A DNA stretch of 64,000 nucleotides from Eledone cirrhosa (taxonomy: Eukaryota): assembly GCA_964016885.1 (NCBI GenBank), contig OZ024741.1, positions 110,732,001 to 110,796,000 on the forward strand. Direction: 5' to 3'. Below, in pieces: positions 25,297 to 38,222 of the stretch (positions are counted from its first letter, which is position 1; each line of letters starts with the position of its first letter). Made by a program: the position numbers and the translations under genes. The notes under the pieces are model-generated. The model had not been told where the DNA came from. It made no database searches and worked only from the letters and a program-made list of their open reading frames with translations.

Positions 25297-28000
25297 ATGT
25301 TAATATTGTAGTGGTGGAGCGTAAAACAGAACTATGTCTGACTTCCTGTTGGTTCTAATTTTATTTAATCTTTTATAGGGCTGTTGCTGTTGTTGTTATG
25401 TGGAGGAGTGGGATTATTTGTGGCTTGGGTAGGAGGCTGGGTGTTATTGGTGATGGTTTGATGGTGGTATTATCAATGGAGATGGCTTGATGGTGGTGAT
25501 GGTTTGATGGTTATGTTGTTGTTGTCATTATTCTGTCATCAAGTGTCATAATTGTAGAATATAGATAACAATTATGTAAATTACTGTAACATTCCCACTG
25601 GCTGGTTGTTTGCATGTTGGGTGGTTGTTGGTTGGTTGTTTAACCCAAGTCAGTCCTCTTTCAGTTGATCTATGAACAAAAATATTCCATCTATGACCAC
25701 ACCATTGTTTTGTATATCAAGGATTACATAGTCAAATACTTAGGGTGTTATTTAAGGGAATTTTGGCCCTCCATTTCCAGCAGGTCAAACAACCAATAGG
25801 AGGCATGGGTACTACAAACCATCCCTACCACCACCACTCTCTACATCTGTTATACCACTAGTTGGTTGGTTGGTTAACTATGGGTACTTTGAGATCATCA
25901 CCTTCTTACTTCCACCACCACAATTACCATCACTACTATCTCCATCACCTACCTCCACCACCACTGTCACCATACCACTACTAGGGTTGTGAGGGGTTAG
26001 GAATCAATGTTGACTGTAGGTTTGTTGTGAGGAGTGACAAAGTAGATGGTTATTTTTTTAGTGAGGGGGTTAAATGCTTATAGAATAATTAAGAACCACT
26101 CCAGATAGATTGTGGCAAGAAATCCAGAATATTTAGTTTGGTTTAAAAAATGGGAGAGGGAGTGAATCAACAGAGTTGTTAGAACATCAGATAGAATGCT
26201 TCATGTTATTTGTTCCAGCGGTCTGTGCTTTGAGTTCAAATCCCCCTGGGGTCAACTTTGCTTTTCTGTTGTAATGTTCTGTTGCCCAAGAACTAAGAAG
26301 GCCCCATAGCAACCATGCAACATCTATTTTGAGAAAATGTTTTGCCTGGTTCAGGACCCAAATGGGGTCTTGTACCACCTTGCAAAATTTCTCTTTGAGA
26401 GGTTAATAAAAAAAATATATATATATATATCAGTCCAGTACTGGAGTTGATACTTTCTCTCTCTCTCAACTTTGCCTTTCATCCTTTTGAGGAGTCAAGG
26501 AGACCTGACCTGATGAAAAAATGAGTGTATTATTTTGATTTTGTCCAATGGATTGGCAGTATCAATAGAGCGTTGGATAACATGTTTTATGGCATATAGT
26601 TACATCTCTTTAAAATCCTGCTGAGGTAAGCTTTGTCTTTCATCCTTATGGGGATTGATAAAATAAAGTACCACTAGGATTGATTTTATCGACCCAAACG
26701 CCCCCCTCCCCAAAATTGTTGGCTTTGTGCTTAAATCAGAAATCATTATTTTGGTTTTGTCCAAATATTTTTGTAGCAATATTTTGTTTCCTTATGACCT
26801 GAGGTCACCAAGAGACCCATTACACAGGACTTAACATGGCTGCAGTAGAGTATACATTGGGGTGTGGGTAGTGACTGGCTGTGGGGGCAGGGCGTAGTGG
26901 CTATGTGCTGTCATGTACACAGATACATTTGAGATATATGGAGTTTGTTTAACTGGAAGTCAGCCTGCAAGCTGATCTGTCAAGGAAAAGAGAGTGGGGG
27001 GGGGGTAGTAATTACAGACAGTTTTGTCAAAGGTCATCTATTGTAGGTCAGCCAACTTGTGAAGGATGAGATATGGCTGGGGTGGGACGAGGGAGTAAGA
27101 AGGAGGGGGGCGGGGGGGTTAATAGGATGGAGAAATTTGAAATTGTTGTTATTTAACCCCAGGTCAGCTCTCATCCTGTAGACCTATGAGCAAAGATGTT
27201 CCATCATTCCCTGTTGGTTGATTGTTGTTTAACCCCAGGTCAGCTCTTATCCAGTAAACCTATGAGCAAAGATATTCCATCATTTCCACTGGTTGGTATG
27301 TTGGATGGTTATTGGTTGTTGTTTAACCCCAGGTCAGTCCTCATCCAGTAGATGTATGACCAAAAATGTTCCTTCCATGACCATACTCTCATTTTCTATG
27401 TAAAGGATTACATTATCAAATAAGTCCTTTTTTTTTTTGTTAAGTAGTTGTTGTTAGTTTGAGGGAATTTGGCTGCTATTTCTAACAGGTGAAGCAAGTA
27501 GATTTGAAAACAAATTGAAGTAGTGTGAGAACTTCTCTACACAATGTGATCATCATTTCCGTCCATTTTTCCATGCTAGCATGTGTTAGGTGAGTTCTCG
27601 TATTGTGAATTAAGTCAGATTAGGTGACAATGTCTTGCTCATACAGAACTGTTTCTGGCCTGGTTTCTATGGCTGGAAGCCCTTCCTAACACCAACCACA
27701 TTTTACAGCGTGGACTGGGTGGGTGCTTTTTATCGTGGCACAAAAATGACCAACTGACAGGTTGGTAGTCTTTCGTCCTGTCACCAGCACCACCATTTTA
27801 CAGGGTGGACAAGGTGCTTTTTGTCATGTCACCAACATGCATGACCACCTTACAGGGCAGACTGGGTCCTTTTTGTCATGTCACCAGCACGACCACTTTA
27901 CAGGGTAGACTGAGTGAGTCCTTTTTGTTATGTCACTAACACGACCACCTTACAGGGTGGGCTGGGGGCTTATTTGTCAGTCACCAGCATGAGCACCTTA

Positions 28001-28037
<37 letters not shown>

Positions 28038-29756
28038 TATATGAGGATGATATACACAAACATACCTTCATACATATTCCATTGGTTGGTTTACAAAATA
28101 TAGGGATGCAGGTTGGGGGTTGGTTTAGCAGGAGTTATGAGTGCAGGTCAGCATTTGTTTTACAATGTTTTCTGAGAGTTTTGTTTATGGGTGCGGGCAA
28201 TCAATGGTATTATTTGCATATGTATGTATACACTGGGGCATGGAAATATTCGGTTTGGGGCCCAAGTGTATGGTTAGCTCAGCAAGGGTGAGAGAACCCT
28301 GGTCTTTGTTAGGACATCATTCTAGGAAGAGGAAAACTTGAGAAGAGTTGGCCTAGTGCAAGACCTTTCTTCACTTAAAAAAGCTTCAAGTATTGGCATC
28401 ACTTGGTCTAAACATCTTTCATGTGTGCTGCATGAGCATGGCTGGTAGCTGAAAAAGTTTTTTTTTTTTTTTTTTTTTTTTGCTGTAGCTTATGTAGAGA
28501 GGAATGTAAGTCCTTGGCAGGGCTATGATGGCAATTCTTGGAATTGAGACATAGTCATAATCTGTGTGTGTGTGTTTGAAGAATAAATGTGTGTATAAAC
28601 CCCTTCTCCAGCAGCAACATGGTGACAGACCCAGGCTTAGTTTCTGGAGAAGCTGATGATCACAAGCTGTCAAAGTGCCAGCCACACTGTTCTTCAATAG
28701 GTTTGTTGTTGGACCTGTAGCAGAGAGGAGACTTCCAGTGTTCTTGGTCTCTGAATCACCTCCCTACTGGCCACCTGCAGGAGCGAGATCCCACAAGTTG
28801 GAATGGCTATTCCAATGCATTTGTCACACCATCCTCTTGGGCAATGCTTTCCCTATTCTTTCCGCTAAGGCCATGAGGTGATCTTCACACTGGCTGGGCC
28901 TATATCATTGGGTAGTGGTGAAGGAGTTAGAAAAGTATCTGCTAGCTGGAAGTGGATAATAAAGTAAATCATATTTTCTTGATTCACGAAAAAAAAAAAA
29001 AAAAAAAGGAAAACTATGTTAGTGTTTATTGTAAGCGAGCCATTCATAATTCTTGTAAATGCCCCCATTAACAAGAATTATTAGAGCAAAGTAATTTCAC
29101 TTGGTAACCAGGCAAGTGTAAATAAAAGGATGGGATCTTGATATTTCAACCTGCCTATGACCATTAGGTTGGGTCATTCAGTTAATTATACTCCATGAAT
29201 AGCTTCACAGTCTCTACCTGCTATAAGTAGCAGCCAATTCTCCCTCAAATCTCACTTTATAGACTTAACCCTTTGTAACCATATTTCTAATGAAATACTC
29301 ACTACTTCAAATAATTAATAAAGAATTTTGAGGTATTTACTAAATAATTATTTTACTTCAACTAAACATATGGTTCTTATATAAAATTATGTTGGAAGAT
29401 TTTTATTTAAATAGGAAAGAACACTTTAAAATGAGATGATTTATTTCATAAAATCAGAGCTGGTTTTGGACAAGTTGGTAAGGACTGGCACATTGGATAA
29501 TGTAGTCATAGGTGTGTGTGTGTGTGTAATAGTGTGCTCATATGTGGTAATGCTATAAAATAACTTATAAAATATGGTGAAGACCCTTACAGATGGAGAA
29601 AAGAAGTTGCTAAATATAAACAATAAAATAAATATAATAAAATGAATATACCTATACTCCACTAACGTATTAACATTTTTTGACAGTGATCGCCTCCCAA
29701 TTTACATCGGGATCCTACATATTATGTGTGTGTGCGTGTGTATATATATAGAGAGA

Positions 29757-30982
29757 GAGAAGAAATTCCAAACTTGGAAGCAGGGACTAGAAAGAAAGGG
29801 TCTCAAAGTCAACATGACAAAGACTAAGGTCCTTGTAAGTAGACGAGAAAACAGAACCCAGATCCCCTCAGGGAAATGGCCTTGCTCAGTATGTAGGAAA
29901 GGTGTAGGTAGGAACTCCATTCTCTGCCCCAAATGCAAACAATGGGTACACAAGAGATGTAGCGGGATCTCAGAAACTTAATTAAGAATGTAGGCTTCAT
30001 ATGTAGCAGCTGTGCTGGGACAGCAAGCAGCAAACAGCCACAGGAAACAAGTACCACCAATCTCTGGGAGGGCTCTGTAGAAACAGTAGACAGCTTCTGC
30101 TACCTTGGTGACCGAATTAGCAGCAGAGGTGGGTGTTCAGAAAGTACAATAACTAGGGTAAGAACGGGATGGAAGAAGTTCAGGGAACTACTGCCACTGC
30201 TAGCTGCAAAAGGCTTCTCCCTCAAAATGAAAGGCAGACTGTATGATGCATGTATCCGAACAGCAATGTTACATGGAAGTGAGACCTGGGCGCTGAAGGT
30301 AGAAGACTTATGTAGGTTAGAAAGAAACGAAGCCTGCATGCTCTGATGGATGTGTAATAGTAATATACGCGAACGGCAAAGCATAAATGAATTGAGAGAG
30401 AGACTGAGCATAAGAGGAATCAAATGCTGTGTGCAGGAGAGGTGGTTGCGTTGGTATGGACATGTGATGCGTATGAAGGATGACAGCTGCATAAAAAGGT
30501 GCAGAGCTCTAGAAGTCAATGGAAACCGCGGAGTGGGGAGACCCAAGAAGACTTGGGATGAGGTCATAAAAGCCGACCTTACCCAATTACACCTCTCAAA
30601 GGCGATGACGCACGACCGTGACCTCTGGCGTCACGCAGTAATACAGAGTACCCAACCTCCCATGGGTACAAGCTGAAGCATATAGACAATATGCCCCCAC
30701 ACCCTCCCACTGCAAAGTGGTCGTGGAGGTGCCACGGCAAAAAAGCACCCAACCCACACTGTAAAGTGGACGTGTAGGCGCCACGGAAAAAAAGCACCCA
30801 GCACTCACTGTAAATGAGGTTGGTGTTAGGAAGGGCATCCAGCTGTAGAAAACCCTCCAAAATCAGTTCCTGTATGAGCAAGGCATGGTCAGCCGACCAG
30901 ACACTGCCCACAACAGGACAACCCGTATAACCCATGCTAACATGGAAGAACGGACGTAAAACGGTGATGATGACGATGATGA

Positions 30983-30986
<4 letters not shown>
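29757..30986 (+). mobile_element. RTE subfamily C, 5'-truncated and disrupted
   Basis: EKKFQTWKQGLE...CSVCRKGVGRNSILCPKCKQWVHKRC; a frameshift and a stop; own 3' UTR; (GAT)n tail. Confidence 0.93.
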
Positions 30987-31018
<32 letters not shown>

Positions 31019-31023
<5 letters not shown>

Positions 31024-31378
31024 GGGGTATTTAATTTGTTGGAAATCCGACAAATATAAATATAAATGTTTATAACTGATTTAGAGCACTCAACAAGTTC
31101 CTGGAGTAAATATTCATTGATATTAAATAAATGGAAACTATATTTATAAAACCATATTTATTTTATTATATATATTTCAAGGGTACCAAAAGGCTTTGAT
31201 ACGCTTTCTTCAGATAAAATACAAAATTTGTTTTATAAATAGAGACATGATTTTCCTGGGTTTGTCTCTATTTATAAAAAAAAATGTGTATTTTATCTGA
31301 AGAAAGCGTACCAAAGTCTTTTGGTACCCTTGAAATATATATAATAAAATAAATATAGTTTCCATTTATTTAATATCA
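31019..31378. mobile_element. Fold-back element family D; hammerhead motifs 31159-31221 (-) and 31289-31351 (+)
   Basis: Inverted arms 31118-31378; tattttat-CTGAAGA-AAG-cgtaccaaag...tttggtacc-CTT-GAAA-TATATA-TA-ataaaata. Confidence 0.85.
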
Positions 31379-32203
31379 TTGTGTATGTATGTATATATAT
31401 ATATGGTGAAGGCACATGCATGGTTTAGTGGTTAGAGCATCGGGCTTACAATCGTAAGATTGTGAGTTCGATTCTCAGACTGGGCTTTGCGTTGTGTTCT
31501 TGAGCAAGACACTTCATTTCACATTGCTCCAGTTTACTCAGCTTTTTTTTCTTCCATTTTGTCATTTTTCCGACTTTTCATTTTTCCAATTTTCATTTCC
31601 CCTTCTCCATTTTTTCAGCTTTTTCATTTTTTTTCTTACTTTCTTTATTCTTCTCATACCTTATATGTGCCTAACACCCACACCACCACTCTCATCATCA
31701 TATATAATTCCATAATATTATAGTTCATAACCTTCATATTAGTTAGGTCACCATAAGTTATATTCATATATCTTATATATTTTACATATCTACTTAACAT
31801 CAATACCACCCTGTCACCACTCACTCACCCATCATAGTTTTCATCATCATTATCCTATATTCAACCACCTTTAGATATCACACCTCTACACTTCATATTC
31901 TATAATTTTATATTCCCTTAATCTTCATCGTACTTAATTCTTTAATTTTTAAACTACTTCGCTTTATATTCTTTACTCATTCCTACCACCTCCATCACCA
32001 CCACTACCCCACCACCACCATTCCCCCCACCCCACCACCACCATTCCCCCACCACCAAAGTATCTACAGTTCTACCTCCTCATCGCATATATGTATGCAT
32101 GTATTGGAACTTGTATATTCATATTCATATCTGTATGCATAGAGACGTGTGTATTTATTTATGTGTGTGCGTAATTTTATGCGTATGTATGTACACATAT
32201 TTG

Positions 32204-32250
<47 letters not shown>

Positions 32251-32480
32251 CTGTGTGCATGTGTATAATTTAAATAATTTTTTGTAAACTATATTATAAT
32301 AAGAGCGTTGTCTGTCTATCTGTCTACCCCTCCGTCTGTCACGCTCATTTTATATAGACAGGGGAGCGCCAAGCGAGAGATATGTATATATATATATATA
32401 CTATATTATATTTTGAGAATAAACTCTCAGTCGTTTACAATAATCCAGCTCCAAGAAAAGGGGCATTTCCGAGCAGTTAA

Positions 32481-32766
32481 ATACATTAAAATATATGATA
32501 AACACAAAACGTGTTTGCATTGTAACAGACAAAGTTAGCTATTAATGAAATAAACTAATTAAAGTGAATACAATTTGTCTGTCTCGATATAAGTCAATAA
32601 AGACAAGCTTATATTGGCCATGGCCATGGCCAATATAAGCTTGTCTTTATTGACTTATATCGAGACAGACAAATTGTATTCACTTTAATTAGTTTATTTC
32701 ATTAATAGCTAACTTTGTCTGTTACAATGCAAACACGTTTTGTGTTTATCATATATTTTAATGTAT
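32481..32766. repeat. Perfect 286-bp palindrome with no spacer
   Basis: Arms compared by eye with no mismatch; centre between 32623 and 32624 in tggccatgg|ccatggcca. Confidence 0.92.
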
Positions 32767-32904
32767 ATATATATATATAGTTAGAGAAGCAAAAAATTGC
32801 TTATTGTGATCCAGTTTTTGGTTAAGAAAGCCAGTTTCATGGATGGTTTCAACGTACGGTTAGGGGTAACTCCACAAGTTTGTAAGACTTCCGTTCAATC
32901 TTGG

Positions 32905-33019
32905 AGTATAAAAGAGAAAACACAGGTAAGCATTAAGAGAAGGATTTAATCCAGATGAAACGGTCGTAAATACCTGGATTAAATCCTTCTCTTAATGCTT
33001 ACCTGTGTTTTCTCTTTTA

Positions 33020-33023
<4 letters not shown>
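32905..33023. repeat. 50-bp perfect inverted repeat with 19-nt spacer
   Basis: Arms 32905-32954 and 32974-33023; spacer contains GAAAC-GGTC-GTA, resembling a hammerhead 3' half; (TA)n follows. Confidence 0.88.
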
Positions 33024-33069
<46 letters not shown>

Positions 33070-33881
33070 CCTTGCAAGCAGGGAAAAGGGGACGTAAAAT
33101 GATGATGATATATATAGAGAGAGAGTGGGGGGGGGGGGACGCCATGCATTTTCGATGCGACAGACAGAGGTAGATAGACAGAAAGTTATGACGTCGCCTT
33201 CATCTATTGAGAGAGCGGGGAGCGCCAAGCAGGAGATATGTACATAGAGAAAAGGAATGTCATTTGTTTAGAGAGAGAGGGTGTGTGTGTATATGTATGT
33301 GTATGTATTTGACAGAAAGATGGAGAAGATTTTAAAATATTTTTTATATATTTCCCTTTAAGCCTTTTATGTGTGTTTGTGTGTATACATATATATTTAT
33401 TTACATATATGTAAGCAACTGCATATATGTGTATTTAATGTGTATGCTGTGTATATATGTGTGTGTGTATGTATGCATATTTATGTACTTGTGTAATATG
33501 TATATTTCATCCACCATTTTATCCTGTCAATCCCACCAACCTCTTCACTACCCCACATCCTATACACCCACCTCTACATTCATCACCTGCCTGCCACTGA
33601 CCAGTTAAATTTCTATGGCTATGTCCATTATCACCCATTATCTTCTTTTTCACACAGCTCTATCCTCCCCCGCTGCCGCCACCACCCTGTCTTAATCAAC
33701 CCTCCTTAATTGAACCCCCCCCCCTCCCCACCTCAAGTCTTCTGTTATGTGTACTCTGTCTTCGATTAAATCATTAGTTCTTGTCTGATGACCCTGTGAT
33801 AAACTGGAGTAACTCCAGAATAACAAGACAAGAGTATATAACCTTAATAAAATGTAAATATAAATATATATATATATATTA

Positions 33882-34382
33882 TACAATATTAAATAAATGG
33901 AAACTACATTTATAAAACCATATTTATTTCATTATATATATTTCAGGGATATCATATTAACAATATGCTATGCCTTCCTCAGACAAAATACAATATAAAC
34001 AGTTTTATAGATAAATAGATTCGACATACCGTAACAACATCGACTTGTATTTGAAAAGGTTGATTTGGTAGTGAAAAAATTGTACTTTCTTTCTCTCTGT
34101 GTACAATGTTTTCACTACCAAATCAACCTTTTCAAATACAAGTCGATGTTGTTACGGTATGTCGAATCTATTTATCTATAAAACTGTTTATATTGTATTT
34201 TGTCTGAGGAAGGCATAGCATATTGTTAATATATCCCTGAAATATATATGAAATAAATATGGTTTTATAAATGTAGTTTCCATTTATTTAATATTGTAAA
34301 TATACTCCAAATATTTGTCGAGTGCTTTTATATCAGTTATAAATATTTACTAGTTGTAACCCAACAATTTAAATATAACTTT

Positions 34383-34384
<2 letters not shown>
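33882..34384. mobile_element. Fold-back element family D; hammerhead motifs 33925-33990 (-) and 34196-34255 (+, small deletions)
   Basis: Arms of about 200 bp (33882-34298), unpaired tail into (TA)n; core CTGAGGA-AGG...CCT-GAAA-TATATA-TA. Confidence 0.85.
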
Positions 34385-34434
<50 letters not shown>

Positions 34435-34502
34435 TAATAAAAATAATTGTTTCTACTTTAGGCACAAGAATAAAAATAATGAATAAAAACATATATATAT
34501 AT

Positions 34503-34963
34503 GTAGGAGTTGTATTTAATTTGTTAGAATTCCGACAAACATAAATGTTTATAACTGTTATAGAGCACTCAACAAATTACTGGAGTAAATATTCCAAGAT
34601 AATAAATAAATGTAAACTATATTTATAAAACCATATTTATTTTATTATATATATTTCAAGGGCGACCAAGCAAATCTTGGTGCGCTTTCATCAGATAAAA
34701 TACAAAATTTGTTTTATAAATAAATAATTAAATAATGACATACCCATGGAAATCACACCTTAACGGTCCGAAGATTCGCTGGATAGTCAGCGAATCTTCG
34801 GACCGTTAAGGTGTGATTTCCATGGATATGTCATTATTTAATTATTTATTTATAAAACAAATTTTGTATTTTATCTGATGAAAGCGCACCAAGATTTGCT
34901 TGGTCGCCCTTGAAATATATATAATAAAATAAATATGGTTTTATAACTATAGTTTCCATTTAT
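34503..34963. mobile_element. Fold-back element family D; hammerhead motifs 34638-34702 (-) and 34867-34931 (+)
   Basis: Arms 34605-34781 and 34788-34963; tattttat-CTGATGA-AAG-cgcaccaag...cttggtcgcc-CTT-GAAA-TATATA-TA-ataaaata. Confidence 0.88.
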
Positions 34964-35147
34964 GGCAGTATTGGTAGAAGGTCGGACGCCATGCTTTGAC
35001 GCATAGAGTTACGGCCCTTGCCATTCTGAGTTCAAATCCCGCCGAGGTTAACTTTGCCTTTCATCCTTACGGGGTCGATAAAATAAAGTATCAGTAATGT
35101 ACTGGGTAATTGCTGGCCTTATGCCAAAAGTAGAAACAATTATCTTG

Positions 35148-35202
<55 letters not shown>

Positions 35203-35452
35203 TAATAATAAAAAGGACGTAGAGTTAAATCATCATTACGTTTATTGAGGTGTGATGGGCGTTTCACGATTGATCAGCTCAAGGCTCGATCCGGATCGAT
35301 CTGGCCCAACTCTGGAATCAAAAGCTCGTCAGACTTCTGTTATGGTAATGAGAGAAACAGAATTCCGACGAGCTTTTGTTTCCAGAGTCGGGCCAAATCG
35401 ATACGGATCGAACCTTGAGCTAATCAATCGCGAAATGCGCGTCACACCTCAA

Positions 35453-36745
35453 TCTAAACTATAATATAGGAAGGTCTGCGGGATTGAGTACGGATTTTTT
35501 TATCCCGTTTGTAAAATTAGTTGGATTACTTTGAATAAATAATGAATGAATATTACATAATTTATCTACTAAATTTCGTGGCTGGTCATTAAATATATTT
35601 TGTTTATTTAAAGATTCACTTCTTTAAAATTTCTGAAATGTCAACACTTCCGGTGGCGATCGCTTAAATAAACATACTAATTTTCCGTCACTAATTTTCT
35701 CATAATGCAGTTTATATATAACTAGCAGCTGAGCCCGGTTGCACCCGGGGCCACTTTTTATTAAGTTAATAATTTGGAAAATATTATTGAAAGTTTATTA
35801 TAAAGAAGCAGTTTCAGGAAAAAAATAGAAATATACACTTGGGGCTGGACGGCGTACAATGAGAAGTGGAGCGACGTGAAAAGCGTTGTTTATTAACAGC
35901 GAAATTGCAATGTCGATGATATGCAATTTGAAAAATACTACTTACTGTTAGTGGTGGTTAACATGTATTAGAATTAAAATAAAAACACGCGTCCCTTCTT
36001 CGCAATTTAAGGGTTTTATTTCTTTTGATGGAAAACAGTGACCGTGCTGCAGAATCGATTTCATAAAACGGTACTGTATGATCGTTAAATGTAGAAGGAT
36101 GATAGTTTATTAACAGCGAAATAGCAATGTCGATGATATGCAAGTTTAAAAATGCATATTATAAAGGTTTGTATGATAGTTTACACTTTTTCGTGAAACT
36201 GCTTCTTTATAATAAACTTTCAATAATATTTTTCAAATTATTGGTACTGTATGTTAACAGCGAAAGAACGTTGATGAGTTTAAAAATGTGTATGAAATTG
36301 TAAATAACTCAGCCAAGTATTAGAACAGGGGGAAATAACTCACCGAACGCGATAGTAAATAGACCGTTTGGGGGCCCTAGGGACCACATTTTTCAAGTTA
36401 GAGATTTTAAACCTCGTCTATTTGCTTCCTTGGCACTTTTTACATAGGTGTGTAAATTTTCATGTCCGTCCGACCACGTCTACTACCATTTAACCGTACA
36501 CATCTGAATTTCAACCACCGCCCATTTCACAAATATATATTAGATATCGTCTTTTTTAATGTATCATGGATTACGTTACTGATTAAATAAGACAGTGTAA
36601 CGTAGTCTCCGTTCAATTTCTATGTATTATATATTGTCAATTACGATTTTATTTGATGTATTATATCTACATGTATATATACCTGCGTATAATATCAATA
36701 TACACATTACACATGCTAGCACCCGAAGGGTGGTTTTTCTGCTAG
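35453..36745 (+). mobile_element. Non-autonomous Helitron H1, carrying nested H2
   Basis: 5' TC, 3' CTAG, inserted between A and T with no TSD; second copy at 53886-54528. Confidence 0.8.
35722..36544 (-). mobile_element. Non-autonomous Helitron H2 nested in H1
   Basis: Minus strand has 5' TC, subterminal cccgg...ccggg hairpin and CTAG end; the empty site tatataa|tatcgtc is present in the H1 copy near 54320. Confidence 0.85.
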
Positions 36746-36919
36746 TAAATATAATGATGATCTAACACTTCGTCCTTTTTATTATTATTAGTATTACACT
36801 CTGCTTAGTACAACACCAATATACCTACTGGAAACTACGCATTGAGTGCTCACTATAGTGAACCTACAGTAACTGGATGTTACAATTCCTAAATACATAT
36901 ACATATATACACTCACATA

Positions 36920-38222
36920 CGAGGTATACTCTAGGAGTTTTGAGACTTTTACCAGAGAGACATTTATTTAACTCAGATCAACACAAAACTTTAGTCTCTC
37001 TCAAAGATCCTCCAACTTCAATGCACTTGTAGTGTTCCAGTCACTTTTGGAAGTCCCCCTGTAGTCCTCCAAAGTGAAGGTGTCCAAGCGCTTGCCACAG
37101 ACTCCTTCAACTCCTCCATACCCTCAAATCGGATACCTCTGAGCATCTCCTTCAGCTTCGGGAACGTCCAGAAATCGCATGGGGCTAAGTCTGCAATGTA
37201 GGGAGGATGATTCCCATATCGACCAAGTAGTTGGTCACCAGGATGGATTTGTGGCAGGGGGAATTGTCTTGGTGCAGGTGCCACTGACCAGACATGAACA
37301 ATTCTGGTATCTTGCGAGGAAATCTCTTTGTGATCTGCCTCAAAACCGCTACATAATATTCTTTGTTGACTGTCTGGCTGTAGGAAACCCAGTGCATGTA
37401 GATCTTGCCATTGCTGTCGAAGAATGGGATCATCATGAGCTTCCCAGTAGACCTGCTTTGCCTGGCCTTCTTGGGGTCTTAGGGAGTCAGAATGTTTCCA
37501 CTGGGCATTCTGTCTCTTGGTCTCTAGATCATAACAGTAGACCAGCTCTCGTCACAGGTTACCAGAGACTCAAGTACACTTGGATTCAAAGCGACCCACT
37601 CGACCATCTCCCTCCTATCATGAACGCGTCGCTGCCTTTCATCTTCATTGAGCACCCTGATAACAAAATTTGTGCATGTTCAGATTGTCATGAATGACTG
37701 TGCACAGTACCCTCAGCCACTTCAAATTGTTTAGTAATCGTCAGAAGTGATGTACGACGATCCTTGCCCAGAAATTTGCGAATTTTGTTGACCAGCTTTG
37801 GAGTCCTGATGTCCCTCTTCCTGCCACACCTCTTGTCGTCCCTCACCTGCTCCCTTCCCCCTCTTGTACCAGCGGAAAACAATCACCCGGCCCGGCTCAT
37901 GAAAGTTAGTCTGTAAACAGCTTTGACTATTTCATAGGTTTCTGCAGCGTTTTTGCTGAGCTTGACACAAAATTTTATTGTATATTAAGCCTTCAAGTGG
38001 TCCTCAAGTCCCGACTGCATTGTGGAACCGGTCAGTGGTGAGGAGATGTGTATGATGTGTAGTGTTTAGTGCTGTAGCGGCCCGAAACTTCAACCTGTAA
38101 AAAGAAATTTGGTATGTTAGCTTATTATAACCATATCAAGGGCGTATTAGAGTGACAACTACGTAGGTAAATTAAAAGTACCTGGAAAAAAAAAAGTCTC
38201 AAAACTTCTTTAGTGTACCTCG
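36920..38222 (-). mobile_element. Mariner DNA transposon with disrupted transposase
   Basis: TIRs of about 31 bp (cgaggtatactctaggagttttgagactttt and aaaagtctcaaaacttctttagtgtacctcg), TA TSD; fragments WHLHQDNSPCH and HPPYIADLAPCDFWTFPKLK in different frames. Confidence 0.93.

Larger units (their letters stand above)
35201..36895. mobile_element. Decayed fold-back element family E, right arm split by Helitrons
   Basis: 35201-35340 pairs with 35357-35452 plus 36746-36790. Arm consensus gives CTGACGA-GC...GC-GAAAC-GCGC-GTC. Tail 36790-36895 recurs at about 54970-55080. Confidence 0.7.

Noticed and set aside
32565-32625. Frame IQFVCLDISQ*RQAYIGH resembling a GIY-YIG motif
   Set aside because: Too short, contains a stop, no supporting flanking motifs.
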